Source: Pyrinomonadaceae bacterium
GTDB taxonomy: Bacteria; Acidobacteriota; Blastocatellia; Pyrinomonadales; Pyrinomonadaceae
Direction of reading: 5' to 3'
Length of the DNA stretch: 55,739 bases
Assembly (NCBI GenBank): GCA_037719755.1
Contig: JBBJMB010000001.1
Span: forward strand, 1-55,739
Shown: in pieces, positions 1-9,159 of the stretch
Position numbering within the stretch: position 1 is the first letter of the stretch
Layout of the letters: every line of letters begins with the position of its first letter
Program-made: the position numbers and the translations under genes
Notes under the pieces: generated by a model
What the model was told of the DNA's origin: nothing
Database searches by the model: none
What the model saw: the letters and a program-made list of their open reading frames with translations, nothing else

Positions 1-2
1 TA

Positions 3-44
3 CTTGTCACTTGTCACTTGTCACTTGTCACTTGTCACTTGTCA
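3..44. repeat. Tandem heptanucleotide array (CTTGTCA)x6, truncated by the left window edge
   Basis: Read directly: six perfect consecutive CTTGTCA units from nt 3. The same unit recurs as an inverted pair of arrays at 53502..53606. Confidence 0.9.
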
Positions 45-81
45 CTTTCCGAAGTCACCGTTGACGGTTCGCTATGTAGTT

Positions 82-948
82 ATGGACGCAGTTTCGCGAA
101 GATGTCTGGTGTGCGAAAACGGTGAGGCTGTCGTCTTGTACGAGGGGATCTTGAGATGCACTCGTTGCGGATACGTTTTCGCCGACTCCGCGCTGACCGA
201 CCAGGATTTCTATCGGCTCTACAATGACGGGTACTTCTGCGGCGGCGCGTACACCGATTATGTGAAGGACGAGCGGGTGCTGAGGAAAAACTTTCGCGCG
301 CGCGCCCGGGTGATCCAAGCGCTCGGCGAACCGCAGCGCCACAGGAGACTGCTTGAGATCGGCAGCGCTTACGGCTTTTTTTTGAAAGAAGTTGAGAATC
401 AATACGCTTCCGTCGAAGGCATAGACATCACGGAAGCGGGAACCAGGTTTGCGCGCGAAGAATTGCAGCTGAGCGTGGTTCAAGGAGACTTTCTGGATCA
501 CGACTACGGGTCAGTTAAGTTTGACGTAATTTGCTTGTGGGACACCATCGAGCACCTGCGCGCTCCGGATTTATATATTGCGAAGATGAGCGCGCTCACT
601 GAACCGGGCGCCCTCTTGGCTCTCACCACCGGCGACATCGAAAGCGCGAATGCGCGCCTGCGAGGTCGCCGTTGGCGTTTGATTCATCCGCCGTCGCACT
701 TGCATTATTTCTCTCCGCAGACTTTGCGGATACTGCTCGATCGGTATGGCTTTGAGATCGTGTACAACAAGTACTGCGGCTTTTATCGAAGCGTTGATAA
801 CATGGCCCACAACATCCTGGTCGCGCGACACAAACGCCAACGGATCTACGAAACGCTGCGCCGTAGCGGGCTCAGCAATTTTGATTTATACCTTAACCTT
901 TATGACATTATGTTTGTGATCGCCCGCAAAAGGTTGTCAAACTCGTGA
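82..948 (+). CDS. Class I SAM-dependent methyltransferase with N-terminal CxxC...CxxC zinc-ribbon
   Basis: ORF 4..948. The first 26 codons are just the translated heptamer array, so ATG at 82 (MDAVSRRCLVCENGE...) is the likelier start. LLEIGSAYGFF looks like SAM-binding motif I. The stop overlaps the GTG start of the next gene (GTGA). Confidence 0.75.
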   Translation: MDAVSRRCLVCENGEAVVLYEGILRCTRCGYVFADSALTDQDFYRLYNDGYFCGGAYTDYVKDERVLRKNFRARARVIQALGEPQRHRRLLEIGSAYGFFLKEVENQYASVEGIDITEAGTRFAREELQLSVVQGDFLDHDYGSVKFDVICLWDTIEHLRAPDLYIAKMSALTEPGALLALTTGDIESANARLRGRRWRLIHPPSHLHYFSPQTLRILLDRYGFEIVYNKYCGFYRSVDNMAHNILVARHKRQRIYETLRRSGLSNFDLYLNLYDIMFVIARKRLSNS

Positions 949-3786
949 AGCATTTGCAGCGCCACTACGCGGTGATGATTGTCGGTTACGTCATTCTGCA
1001 TGCGCTCTTTTTCTCGCCCGTCATCTTCGCCGATCGACTGCTTGCGCCGGGCGACGCCGCCGTTTATTACCTGCCGACTTTTCTATCGCCGCGCACGCTG
1101 TGGGAGCCGAACATTTGGGGCGGCTATCCCGTGGCCGCCGACCAGCAAACGATGACTTGGTATCCGCTGGCGCTGCTTTTTTCATTTCTTCCGCACGCCT
1201 GGAATCTGTACGTTCTTTCGGCTTACGTGCTCGCCAGTTGCTTTACTTATGCTTACGTTTACCAACTCACGCGCTCCGCGCTGGCGGGTTTTGTGGCCGG
1301 AACAATTTACGGATTAAGCGGCTTTATGGTCGCTCATTTGGGCCACACCACGATGATTCACAACGCGGCCTGGCTGCCCTTGGTCATCTGGTCGTTTGAG
1401 AATTTACGCCAACGATTGAGCGCCCGCTGGATGCTGGCGGGCGCGGCGGCCATCGCTTTGAGCGCGCTCGCCGGCCATTCGCAAATCTTCGCTTATACGC
1501 TGTGCCTCGCCGGGGCGTACGCGGCTTTGGCCGGATGGAGAGCGCCCGCGGGGCGCTGGCGCTTCTACGCTGCGTCTTTCGCGATCACCATGTTGGGCAT
1601 CGGACTTGCGGGCGTGCAGCTTGTTCCGGCCATCGAGCTCGGGCGCGCGAGCTGGCGCGCGCAAAGCTCTTTCGCCGAGTTTGTGACGTATCGTTCGCCT
1701 GTGCGAGATCCCGACCCTCATCTTTCCGTATCTTTACGGCGGCGCGCCGACTGCGGTCTACGGAGTTCGATACTTCGGCGAGTGGCCTTCAAGCCCGCAC
1801 GGCTGGGGCATCACCGAGGTCGCCGGTTACGTGGGGCTTTTACCACTCATGCTTGCGGCTTTGGGCCTTTTCGCTCGGCCGCTCACATGGTATGTGCGTT
1901 TTTGGATGACGGTCGCGTTGATGGCCTTCGTGTTGACTCTCGGCAACGCCACTCCTGCGGCTTCGCTTGTGTTCCAGATTCCCGTCATCAAGTTGTTCAG
2001 AGCACCGGCGAGACATTTCTTCGAAATGTCTTTCGCTGTGAGCATCCTCGCCGGCTTCGGTGTCGTGGCCATCAGACGTGGCATTTCAAGTCGCCACGTT
2101 TTATCAATTCTGCTCGCCTGCGGCTTCGTCGCGCTCGCTTGTCTGATTGGCTTCATTTATTTCCGTGAGGACCTCACTGCCTTTGCCGCCTCGCGCGGGG
2201 TCGCCAACTTTAGCGTTTCACCGCTGCGCAATAACGCCATCGCCATTCCTTTGATTCTTTTACTGGCGGCGAGCGCAGCCATATATTTTTTCAGTAAGCG
2301 GAAAGACGGACTCTTGGCTGCAATCCTGCTGCTCGGCGTGTTGGTCATAGACATGGGAAGCTTCGGCTGGTTTTGCGAATGGAACTACGGCTCGCCCGGA
2401 GCCGACTTTCTGGAGCGTCCGCCATTTGCGACGCGCTACCAAGAGTCGCTCGCCGCCGCTCATCAACGAATGCTGCCGGTACGAGGCGGATTGGGCACGC
2501 TCGCTGAAATTCCTCCGAACATCTCTCGCGTTTGGAAAGTTCCGAGCGTCAGCGGTTACGGACCGTTGATCCTGGCGCGGCTCAGGCAATTGCTCGACAT
2601 GCCCGCGCACGGAAGCGTTGACGGAGCATGGCGCGATTCACGGAATCAAAGCTTGAACATTCTGGCGGTGCGCTATTTGTTTACGCCGCCCGCCGAGGAA
2701 CTGCGCTCAGATACATTTTCGCAGCAAGGATTTGATTGGTCGACCGAAGATTTGGAGGCGGCGCTTGGCGCAGGCTGTCAAACGGAGAATCCAGTTAACC
2801 TTCGTTTCGACTTGGATGAACCCGTGAAGGCTGACGCGGTGGGCATAGTCAGTACGCTCGCGTGCTCGGCCGAGCTTCAGCACGGCGCCGAAGCGGCGCA
2901 GGTACGCTTGATCGACGAGGAGGGAGCAACTCATGTGCAAATCTTGCGCGCGGGAAAAGACGCGTCCGAGTGGGCCTACGATTGTGCGGACGTGAAACCG
3001 CTGGTGCAACACAATCGCGCGCCCATCTTCCGCAGCTACCCGGCCGCCAGAGAATCGGGGCCATGCGAGGGACATCACTACGTGAGCGTGCTCGATTTCC
3101 CCGGATTAAGCGAAGCCGTCAAAAGCGTTGAGATCACCTGGACCGGCCGCCGGGGAAGCATTGTCGTCCAAAAAGCGACGTTGCTCGATCAGGCATCGCA
3201 CCGCTCGACGCCGCTCAGAATGTCTCCGCACCTGCTCGCCAGCAACTCCGCATGGCGTCTGGTCGAAGACTTGACTGACGGAATAAAGGTCTACGAAAAT
3301 CAGCGAGCGATGCCGCGCGCTTGGCTCGTCGGCGAAGTGGTTCAAGCGCTTCCCGAAGAGGTGCTCATCGCAATCAAGACATCTCAATTACCGGATAAAC
3401 GCGCGTTCGATGCTCGCACCACGGCGCTCATCGAACGCCCGCCGCCCTTCGCATCCGCTCTGCGCGATCCGGCGGCGCGAGTTTCCATTTCCGAGCTTTC
3501 AGCGATTAGCGTCGAGCTCAGAGTCACCACCGCGGCGGCGGCCTTTTTGGTACTGAGCGATGTCAATTATCCCGGCTGGGAAGCGTTTGTTGACGGACGG
3601 CCAACTCAAATTTATCAGACTGATTACATCCTCCGCGGCCTCGCCGTACCGCCGGGCGAGCATTTGGTGCGCCTTCGTTTTCGTCCGCCAAGCATAGCTT
3701 ACGGCGCTTTGTTGTCGGCCCTGTGTTTGCTGCTCACGTTAGCGCTTGGTTTGTTCGGTAAAAAATTTAACCGCGCGTTTGCTTAA
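945..3786 (+). CDS. YfhO-like polytopic membrane protein (putative glycosyltransferase); one apparent frameshift near 1687..1710
   Basis: ORFs 945..2168 and 1831..3786 are one gene. The frame of 1831 is open back to 1687 and reads ...PTLIFPYLYGGAPTAVYGVRYFGEW, continuing the hydrophobic N-terminal half. There are many TM segments and a C-terminal TM. The YfhO assignment is by overall resemblance only. Confidence 0.55.
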
Positions 3787-3969
3787 AGGCTTGATTCCAT
3801 GATTGTTACTGGAGAAACCGCGTTGACAAAGAAGCGCTCGCGCTCGTATTATGCGGTGCAACTGGAAACCCCAGTGAGCTTCTCGAATTATATTAGGAGC
3901 ACCCTCACAAATAGACCGCCGGGACATGTGAAGACGCCCACCGTCCGTGTTCCGCCAGGAGTTACAAGT

Positions 3970-4854
3970 ATGCGAAAGCTATCCATTGCCTTGCTGACAT
4001 TGCTGCTTGCGTACGGCATCTCGCTGGCCCAGCCCACTGCGCCGACGCTCCGCATTGTCACGGAAGACCCCAACCTTCCTTCAGAGCTTTTCTACGGCGA
4101 CATCAAAGTTAAGCCGCTGCGCCTGCGGCCCGGCACCAACACGCCGATCACGATTAACGATCACGACTTCTTTGTGCAGCAGCAGTACATTGATTTTCTT
4201 GACCGTCAGCCGGAAGCAGGCGGATTCGCTGCCTGGAAGAAAGTTCTGGACGATTGCCAAAACGCATTTGCGCACCACTCGGAGGTGCAGTTCGCCCAAT
4301 GCGACCGCATCGCCGTCTCGGCTTCGTTTTTTCTCTCCGATGAGTTCAGGGCCAAAGGGTATTTCGTTTATCGCTACTACCGCGCCACCCTTGACAGGCT
4401 GCCGAAGTACGCGGAGATCAAGCCCGATATGCGCGCCGTGACCGGGCTGACCGGCGACGAGCGCATCGCAAAGCAAAATGCTTTCGCCGACGCTTGGGTG
4501 ACCCGCTCGGAATTTGCCCAGAAATATCCGGCATCACTTGGCACCGCCGACCTGGTGAATCAGTTGGAGGCAACCTCCAAGGTGACGCTGGCAAACAAAG
4601 CTCAGTTCCTCATAGATAACGCCGGCAAAACGCAGGCGCAAATCGTGCGCGCGTTTGTCGAGAGTCATGAGGTCACGGCCAGGTTTTACAACGAGGCGTT
4701 TGTGGCGATGCAGTACTTCGGATATTTGCGCAGAGATCCGGATGCAGACGGGTTCGCCGCTTGGCTGAGAGTTCTTGACGCCAATCCGGCTGACGCGCGA
4801 GTCATGATCTGGGGCTTTATTTACTCAACCGAGTACACCAAGAACAGATTCTAA
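3970..4854 (+). CDS. Secreted DUF4214 domain protein
   Basis: ORF 3799..4854. The internal ATG at 3970 gives a signal peptide MRKLSIALLTLLLAYGISLAQ. FVQQQYIDFLDRQPEAGGFAAWKKVLD and a second copy YFGYLRRDPDADGFAAWLRVLD are typical DUF4214 signatures. Confidence 0.7.
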   Translation: MRKLSIALLTLLLAYGISLAQPTAPTLRIVTEDPNLPSELFYGDIKVKPLRLRPGTNTPITINDHDFFVQQQYIDFLDRQPEAGGFAAWKKVLDDCQNAFAHHSEVQFAQCDRIAVSASFFLSDEFRAKGYFVYRYYRATLDRLPKYAEIKPDMRAVTGLTGDERIAKQNAFADAWVTRSEFAQKYPASLGTADLVNQLEATSKVTLANKAQFLIDNAGKTQAQIVRAFVESHEVTARFYNEAFVAMQYFGYLRRDPDADGFAAWLRVLDANPADARVMIWGFIYSTEYTKNRF

Positions 4855-4960
4855 TACGAGAGAGAAACACCGCAGAGAAGACGCAGAGGAAGAACAAGTC
4901 AACCCGAAGACTCGGGTTAATTTAAGCGAGAGCGCATCACAGAGAAAAGACACAGAGGGG
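4855..4960. repeat. Degenerate purine-rich repeat element with a small hairpin, between convergent genes
   Basis: Hairpin AACCCGA-agac-TCGGGTT at 4901..4918. Positions 4934..4952 (GCATCACAGAGAAAAGACA) are identical to 17877..17895 in the right arm of the 17808..17912 palindrome. Confidence 0.6.
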
Positions 4961-4963
4961 AAT

Positions 4964-5614
4964 TTAGGCTTCCAGCGAGAACGGAGTGAAGTCGGTTTCG
5001 ACATCGTAGTAATCTTCATTCTCCGCGCGTTTCAGAAAGCTGACCACTCTGTATGTCACCGGCGTGGCGCACGCTTCCCAGACCACTTTGATGATGTAAT
5101 TGCTGATCATGACCTGCACCACGAGAGCGTTGGGCCAAATTCCCAGAAAAGCTACGGGATAGAAAATCGCCGAGTCGACGGCTTGCCCGAAAATCGTTGA
5201 TCCGATGGTTCTCGCCCACAGCAAGCGCCCGCCGGTTCTGACCTTCATTCTGGCCAGCAGGTATGAATTGACAAACTCGCCGACCCAGAACGCCGCGAGC
5301 GAAGCCAGCATCACGCGCGGCGTCAGACCGAGCACCAACTCGTAGGCCGCTTGATCATTCCAGCCGGGAGCCGGCGGCAGCGCCACCACCACGTAACTCA
5401 TGAAAGAAGCGAACCCGAGCGCGGCAAACCCCGCCCACACCACTCTCCGGGCGCGCGCGTAGCCGTAAACTTCCGTCAAAATGTCGCCGAAAATGTAGGA
5501 AACGGGAAAGAAAAGCACGCCGGCGCCGAACGAGAAGCCAAACAAGGTGCAGACTTTACCGGGACCGATGAGGTTGGAGCATAACAAAATGGCGACGAAA
5601 GAGGCCATCACCAA
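4964..5614 (-). CDS. yhhQ: Queuosine-precursor transporter, YhhQ/VUT (DUF165) family
   Basis: 216 aa polytopic membrane protein. FGDILTEVYGYARARRVVWAGF and the overall layout match the YhhQ family. Starts at a TTG-GTG-ATG cluster just after an in-frame TAG. Confidence 0.7.
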   Translation of the reverse strand: MVMASFVAILLCSNLIGPGKVCTLFGFSFGAGVLFFPVSYIFGDILTEVYGYARARRVVWAGFAALGFASFMSYVVVALPPAPGWNDQAAYELVLGLTPRVMLASLAAFWVGEFVNSYLLARMKVRTGGRLLWARTIGSTIFGQAVDSAIFYPVAFLGIWPNALVVQVMISNYIIKVVWEACATPVTYRVVSFLKRAENEDYYDVETDFTPFSLEA

Positions 5615-5711
5615 ATCGTATATTGATATTTTCTACCGGAAGGTGGCGGCATCGAAAAAACCGTGGCGCATCATTTTGCGATTAAGATAAAGCGGGCGGC
5701 GCTCAGTTGAT

Positions 5712-6840
5712 TTATTCAATTGCTACTTTCAACACGCCGGACATCAATCGCCTTTCGGCCCGGCCGTCACTCGCGACGATGATTAGCACGCCCCGCTCAA
5801 CCGTGAAGCGGCGCACTTCGCTCATCGCACGCTCGATTCTCTCACCATCTCGCATCTCAATCACCAAGCGCACGCCGATCACAGGAGTCTGAACTTTGGC
5901 AGTGGCGGACACAGTTGGAGGAGCCGGCGGCGGCTCGCAGAGCATCCACCCCCGGCCGCGATGTTTTCGCAGTTGTTCTCGGGCCATCAGGCGTGGTGGC
6001 CGGCGGCAATCTGCGACGCGCGGAGGAGGAGCGTGCGCGCGGCAAATTGCTGCGCGCTGTGGAAGCCGCGGGCGCGGCGGCGCGGCGGGCGGCGTTGCCC
6101 GCGCCGGCGCTTTCGTAGTGCTAGACGAGCCCGCAGGCGAGGCGGTGCCCACCGCCAGGCCCCCTTCGTTCAAGGGCGCGGCGGCGGCGGCTGTGGTGTT
6201 TTCCGGAGCAGCTTTGGGAGGTTCAGGGTCTTCTATTCTCGCGCCAACGGAATTGACGCGCCTGGTGCCGGGACGCAAATCCGGCGCAGCAACGTTCGTC
6301 GCAGCTTTGTCTTCTTCACCTCCGGAAGTGGCGCGCGGAGCAGCGGCCGCGATAAACGGTCCCTCGAAGCTGACGCGGTAACGCGCCGTCGCGTCGCCCG
6401 CCGCGCGCCCCCACGCGAAGCACAATCGCTTCTCTTCGTCGCAAGAAAACGGACTTCGACACTTTGCTCGCGTCGTCGACGGAAGAAAGAGCGAACAGAT
6501 TCACCTTCACGAGCGGCCGCAAACCGGTGGCAACAAACAAATCAACATCTCCGTTGAGATGCGAGCCTTCGACGTTGACAATCAAATCGCCGGGGCCGGC
6601 CGAGAAAGCGTAGTAGTGCCTCGTCAAACGCGAGTCGCCGATATCAAGCGGCGCGATCAGGCCCACCGCTTCGTAAGAAGCGAGGGGCGTCGGCGCGGAG
6701 ATGTCAGTCGATTGGGCGCGCGGTGTACCCGCACACACTAAGAGGACGAGCGCCGCAAAAAGCGCTCTCCCCGGCACCTCGCGCTTTAATCGTTGCCCTT
6801 GTTTTTCCGACAAGCTCATGAGGGGACTAAGGCAAAACAA
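5712..6840 (-). CDS. Secreted hypothetical protein (PPC-like N-terminal domain, Ala/Pro-rich linker, beta-rich C-terminal domain); frameshift near 6400
   Basis: ORFs 6316..6840 and 5712..6425 join as ...EAIVLRV / WGRAAGDATARYRVSFEGPF. Signal peptide ALFAALVLLVCAGTPRAQS. YYAFSAGPGDLIVNVEGSHLNGDVDLFV resembles a pre-peptidase C-terminal fold. The low-complexity middle may hide further frame errors. Confidence 0.5.
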
Positions 6841-6893
6841 AATTTCCTAAAAGAGTTGAGGGCGATTTTTAACCCCATTAGCGAGGAAGATTA

Positions 6894-9006
6894 TCAGATA
6901 TGGCGCGGCAACCCAAAGAGTGGTTTTCTTCCAAATTCGATTGAACGGCCGAAACAGTTGATAAAATCTTCGATTCGGAAAGCGGACACGACGTGGGCGG
7001 CGCGCACGCCGGGCGGAATAAGTTTGCGCCAGCGCCCCGCATCGAACCAGCTTTCAAATTGCCGCCAGCGCTGATGAACGCAAGCGGCGATGTCGGCCTC
7101 GGAAAAGCTCAATTGCGCAACCGGTCGCACGACGTTGATGGTCAACGACAGCTCATCGCATTGTTCAATTGAAAAGTCGCCGGATTTTTCCAACAAGTCT
7201 CCCAGCACCAATCCGTAAGCGTACCCGGCGCAATGCAGAAGAATCGCTTGCTGCGCGACGTGCGGCTGCTCCGCGGTCTCATGCGCCGCGCCGACGTCTT
7301 CCGCGCTTGGCGGCGAAGCCCCGATCAACATGATGGGCAGCGCGTTTCCTTCAATTGGCAGGCCGAGCTCCAACGCCAAAGCCCTCACCAGCGCGGGCCG
7401 CAGAGGTCGCGCGCTGGCTCGCCAACGCGGTTTCACGGTAGCCGCGTTGCCGCCCATTGGAGCGACGAAAAGTTTTCTTCCCACACTGCGCTTGGCGCGT
7501 TGCGTTTGTCCGCCGAAAGTAAACGTCGCTCCGGCGGGCAGCCTGTGTTCCAGGTAGCCGAGCCGGCGTCCAGTCATCTCGTCAACGATCTCAATCGTTT
7601 CGCCGTCGCCGCCGATGTTGGAGTAAATTTCTCGTCGCTCGTTTAGTTCTTCCCATTTCACTCCGGGCTTCAAGAGAGGTGCGCGCGAAAGCGCGAAATA
7701 GTTTTCCGCTAACAAGCGCTCGATGATCTGATCATACTGCTGTTTGGGTAAAAGCGGCTCGCCTTGCGGCGAATGAAAAAGTTCGTAGGCATGATCGGGG
7801 TCGATTTCCCCGCGGCGCGCCTGCTTGACGTAAGAGAAAAGCTGCTGCGCGACCACCGAAGGGCGAAACAAAGCGTCGCCGCTTGTTGGCAAACTTGCCA
7901 GTCCCCGCGCACATTTAAGGAGCACGCGGAAAAGCGCGTGTTCGCGATCATCGCGATAAAAGCAAACAACTCGTGTGCGGCGCGTGCGTCGATTGCCGCG
8001 CCCCGTGCGCTGCAAAAAAGAAGCGACATCGTTGGGCGGACCGATCAATAAAATCAAGTCGACGTCGCCGATGTCAATGCCCAGCTCAAGCGTTGAAGTC
8101 GCCAAGCAGAGAGCCGCGTCAAGCTTGGTAAATTTATCTTCGACGGCGTGTCGCGTGCGCGCCGCGAGGCTCGCGTGGTGTGCGTAAACGCGGTCGCCGA
8201 AAGGCGTGGATTGAGCAGCGCTTGAGCGAGCGATTCACACTGGGTTTTGCTCTGACAAAAGCCAGCACTTTCCTTGTGCCGCGCGACGCGAGCCGCGCGA
8301 ACAATTCGCGCAGCGACGCCGGCCCGTCGAAGGCCAGCATTTCAGCTTCAATCTCGCGCTGCCCCGGGCTTTCAAGTAAAACCGGCTCGGCGAAGTAGCG
8401 CGCCGCGACGATCGCGGGCTGCTCAATCGTCGCGGAAAGAGCGCAAAACTGCACTCCCGCGTCAAGCGCATCGCCTCGCTCGTGCGCGAACCGTCTGAGG
8501 CGGCGCAGGCGACTGAGTAACACACGCAGTTGATCGCCGCGCGCCGTATCTTCGTACAAATGCAATTCATCCACGATGACGGCGCGCACGTCTTTTAAGA
8601 GACGCGGACGGTTAGCCAGCAAGGAATCCAACGATTCAGGCGTGGTCAGCAAAACATCGGGCGGGCGGTGCGGTTTGAGGGCGGGTTCGTCGCTTGTTTT
8701 GATGCCCAACGTCAAAGCGAGTTTGGCAAGCGGCTCTTCCAATCTGCGCGCCAGGTCGCGCGTCAAAGCGCGCGTCGGCACAATGAACAAAGTTTGCAGC
8801 CCCGCTCTGCGCCCGGCGCGAAATCGTTTTTGCAACTGCCTTTCGAGCAGCGGAGCGAGCGCCGCCTCCGTCTTTCCGCTGGCCGTCGCCGAAACAAGCA
8901 TGCAATTACGGCCCGCCAGCAACGGCCCAATTGCTTTCGCCTGAATGTCCGTGAGACGCCCGAAGCGAGCCAGCAAAGCATCCCACGTATGCGGCAGCAG
9001 GTTCAC
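6894..9006 (-). CDS. Lhr-like (BrxHI-type) superfamily-2 DEAD/DEAH helicase; two apparent frameshifts at 8197..8250
   Basis: ORF 8134..9006 carries motif I SATASGKT and motif II DELH. ORF 6894..8105 carries ATSTLELGIDIGDVD and motif VI QRTGRGNRR plus a long Lhr-type C-terminal region. The 6894 frame is open upstream and reads GDRVYAHHASLAARTRHAVEDKFTKLDAALCLATSTLELGIDIG. A third frame reads TQCESLAQALLNPRL between the two. Confidence 0.8.
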
Positions 9007-9031
9007 GGTAGAGCCTCGAAAGGATAAAGGC

Positions 9032-9156
9032 GGAAGGACATTTGGAAGGATGAAGGCGGAAGGATGAAAATCAAGGCCTCAAGAGCTTTAATCAAATTTT
9101 TAATCCTGAGCTTTCATCCTTCCGCCTTCCGCCTTCATCCTTCCAAATGTCCTTCC
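9032..9156. repeat. Heptamer-built palindromic element (GGCGGAA/GGATGAA units) between the second NTPase gene and the helicase gene
   Basis: Left arm starting at 9032 is GGAAGGACATTTGGAAGGATGAAGGCGGAAGGATGAAAA. The reverse complement of the right arm (ending at 9156) is GGAAGGACATTTGGAAGGATGAAGGCGGAAGGCGGAAGGATGAAAG. The arms are identical apart from one extra GGCGGAA unit in the right arm and one base at the inner (loop) end, separated by an AT-rich loop. Confidence 0.9.
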
Positions 9157-9159
9157 AGT

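Noticed and set aside
3-44. The heptamer arrays here and at 53502..53606, and the repeat-rich intergenic elements, could be CRISPR arrays.
   Set aside because: The units are 7 nt, directly abutting, with no spacers. The larger elements are single palindromes rather than repeat-spacer series, and no cas genes are present in the window.
5615-5711. A preQ1 riboswitch upstream of yhhQ, since queuosine-precursor transporter genes are often preceded by one.
   Set aside because: On the minus-strand leader I could not find the small hairpin followed by the A-rich/ACUA tail typical of preQ1-I. I also found no convincing preQ1-II/III pattern. The A-run GAAAAAACC is on the wrong strand. A covariance-model scan (Rfam) would be needed.
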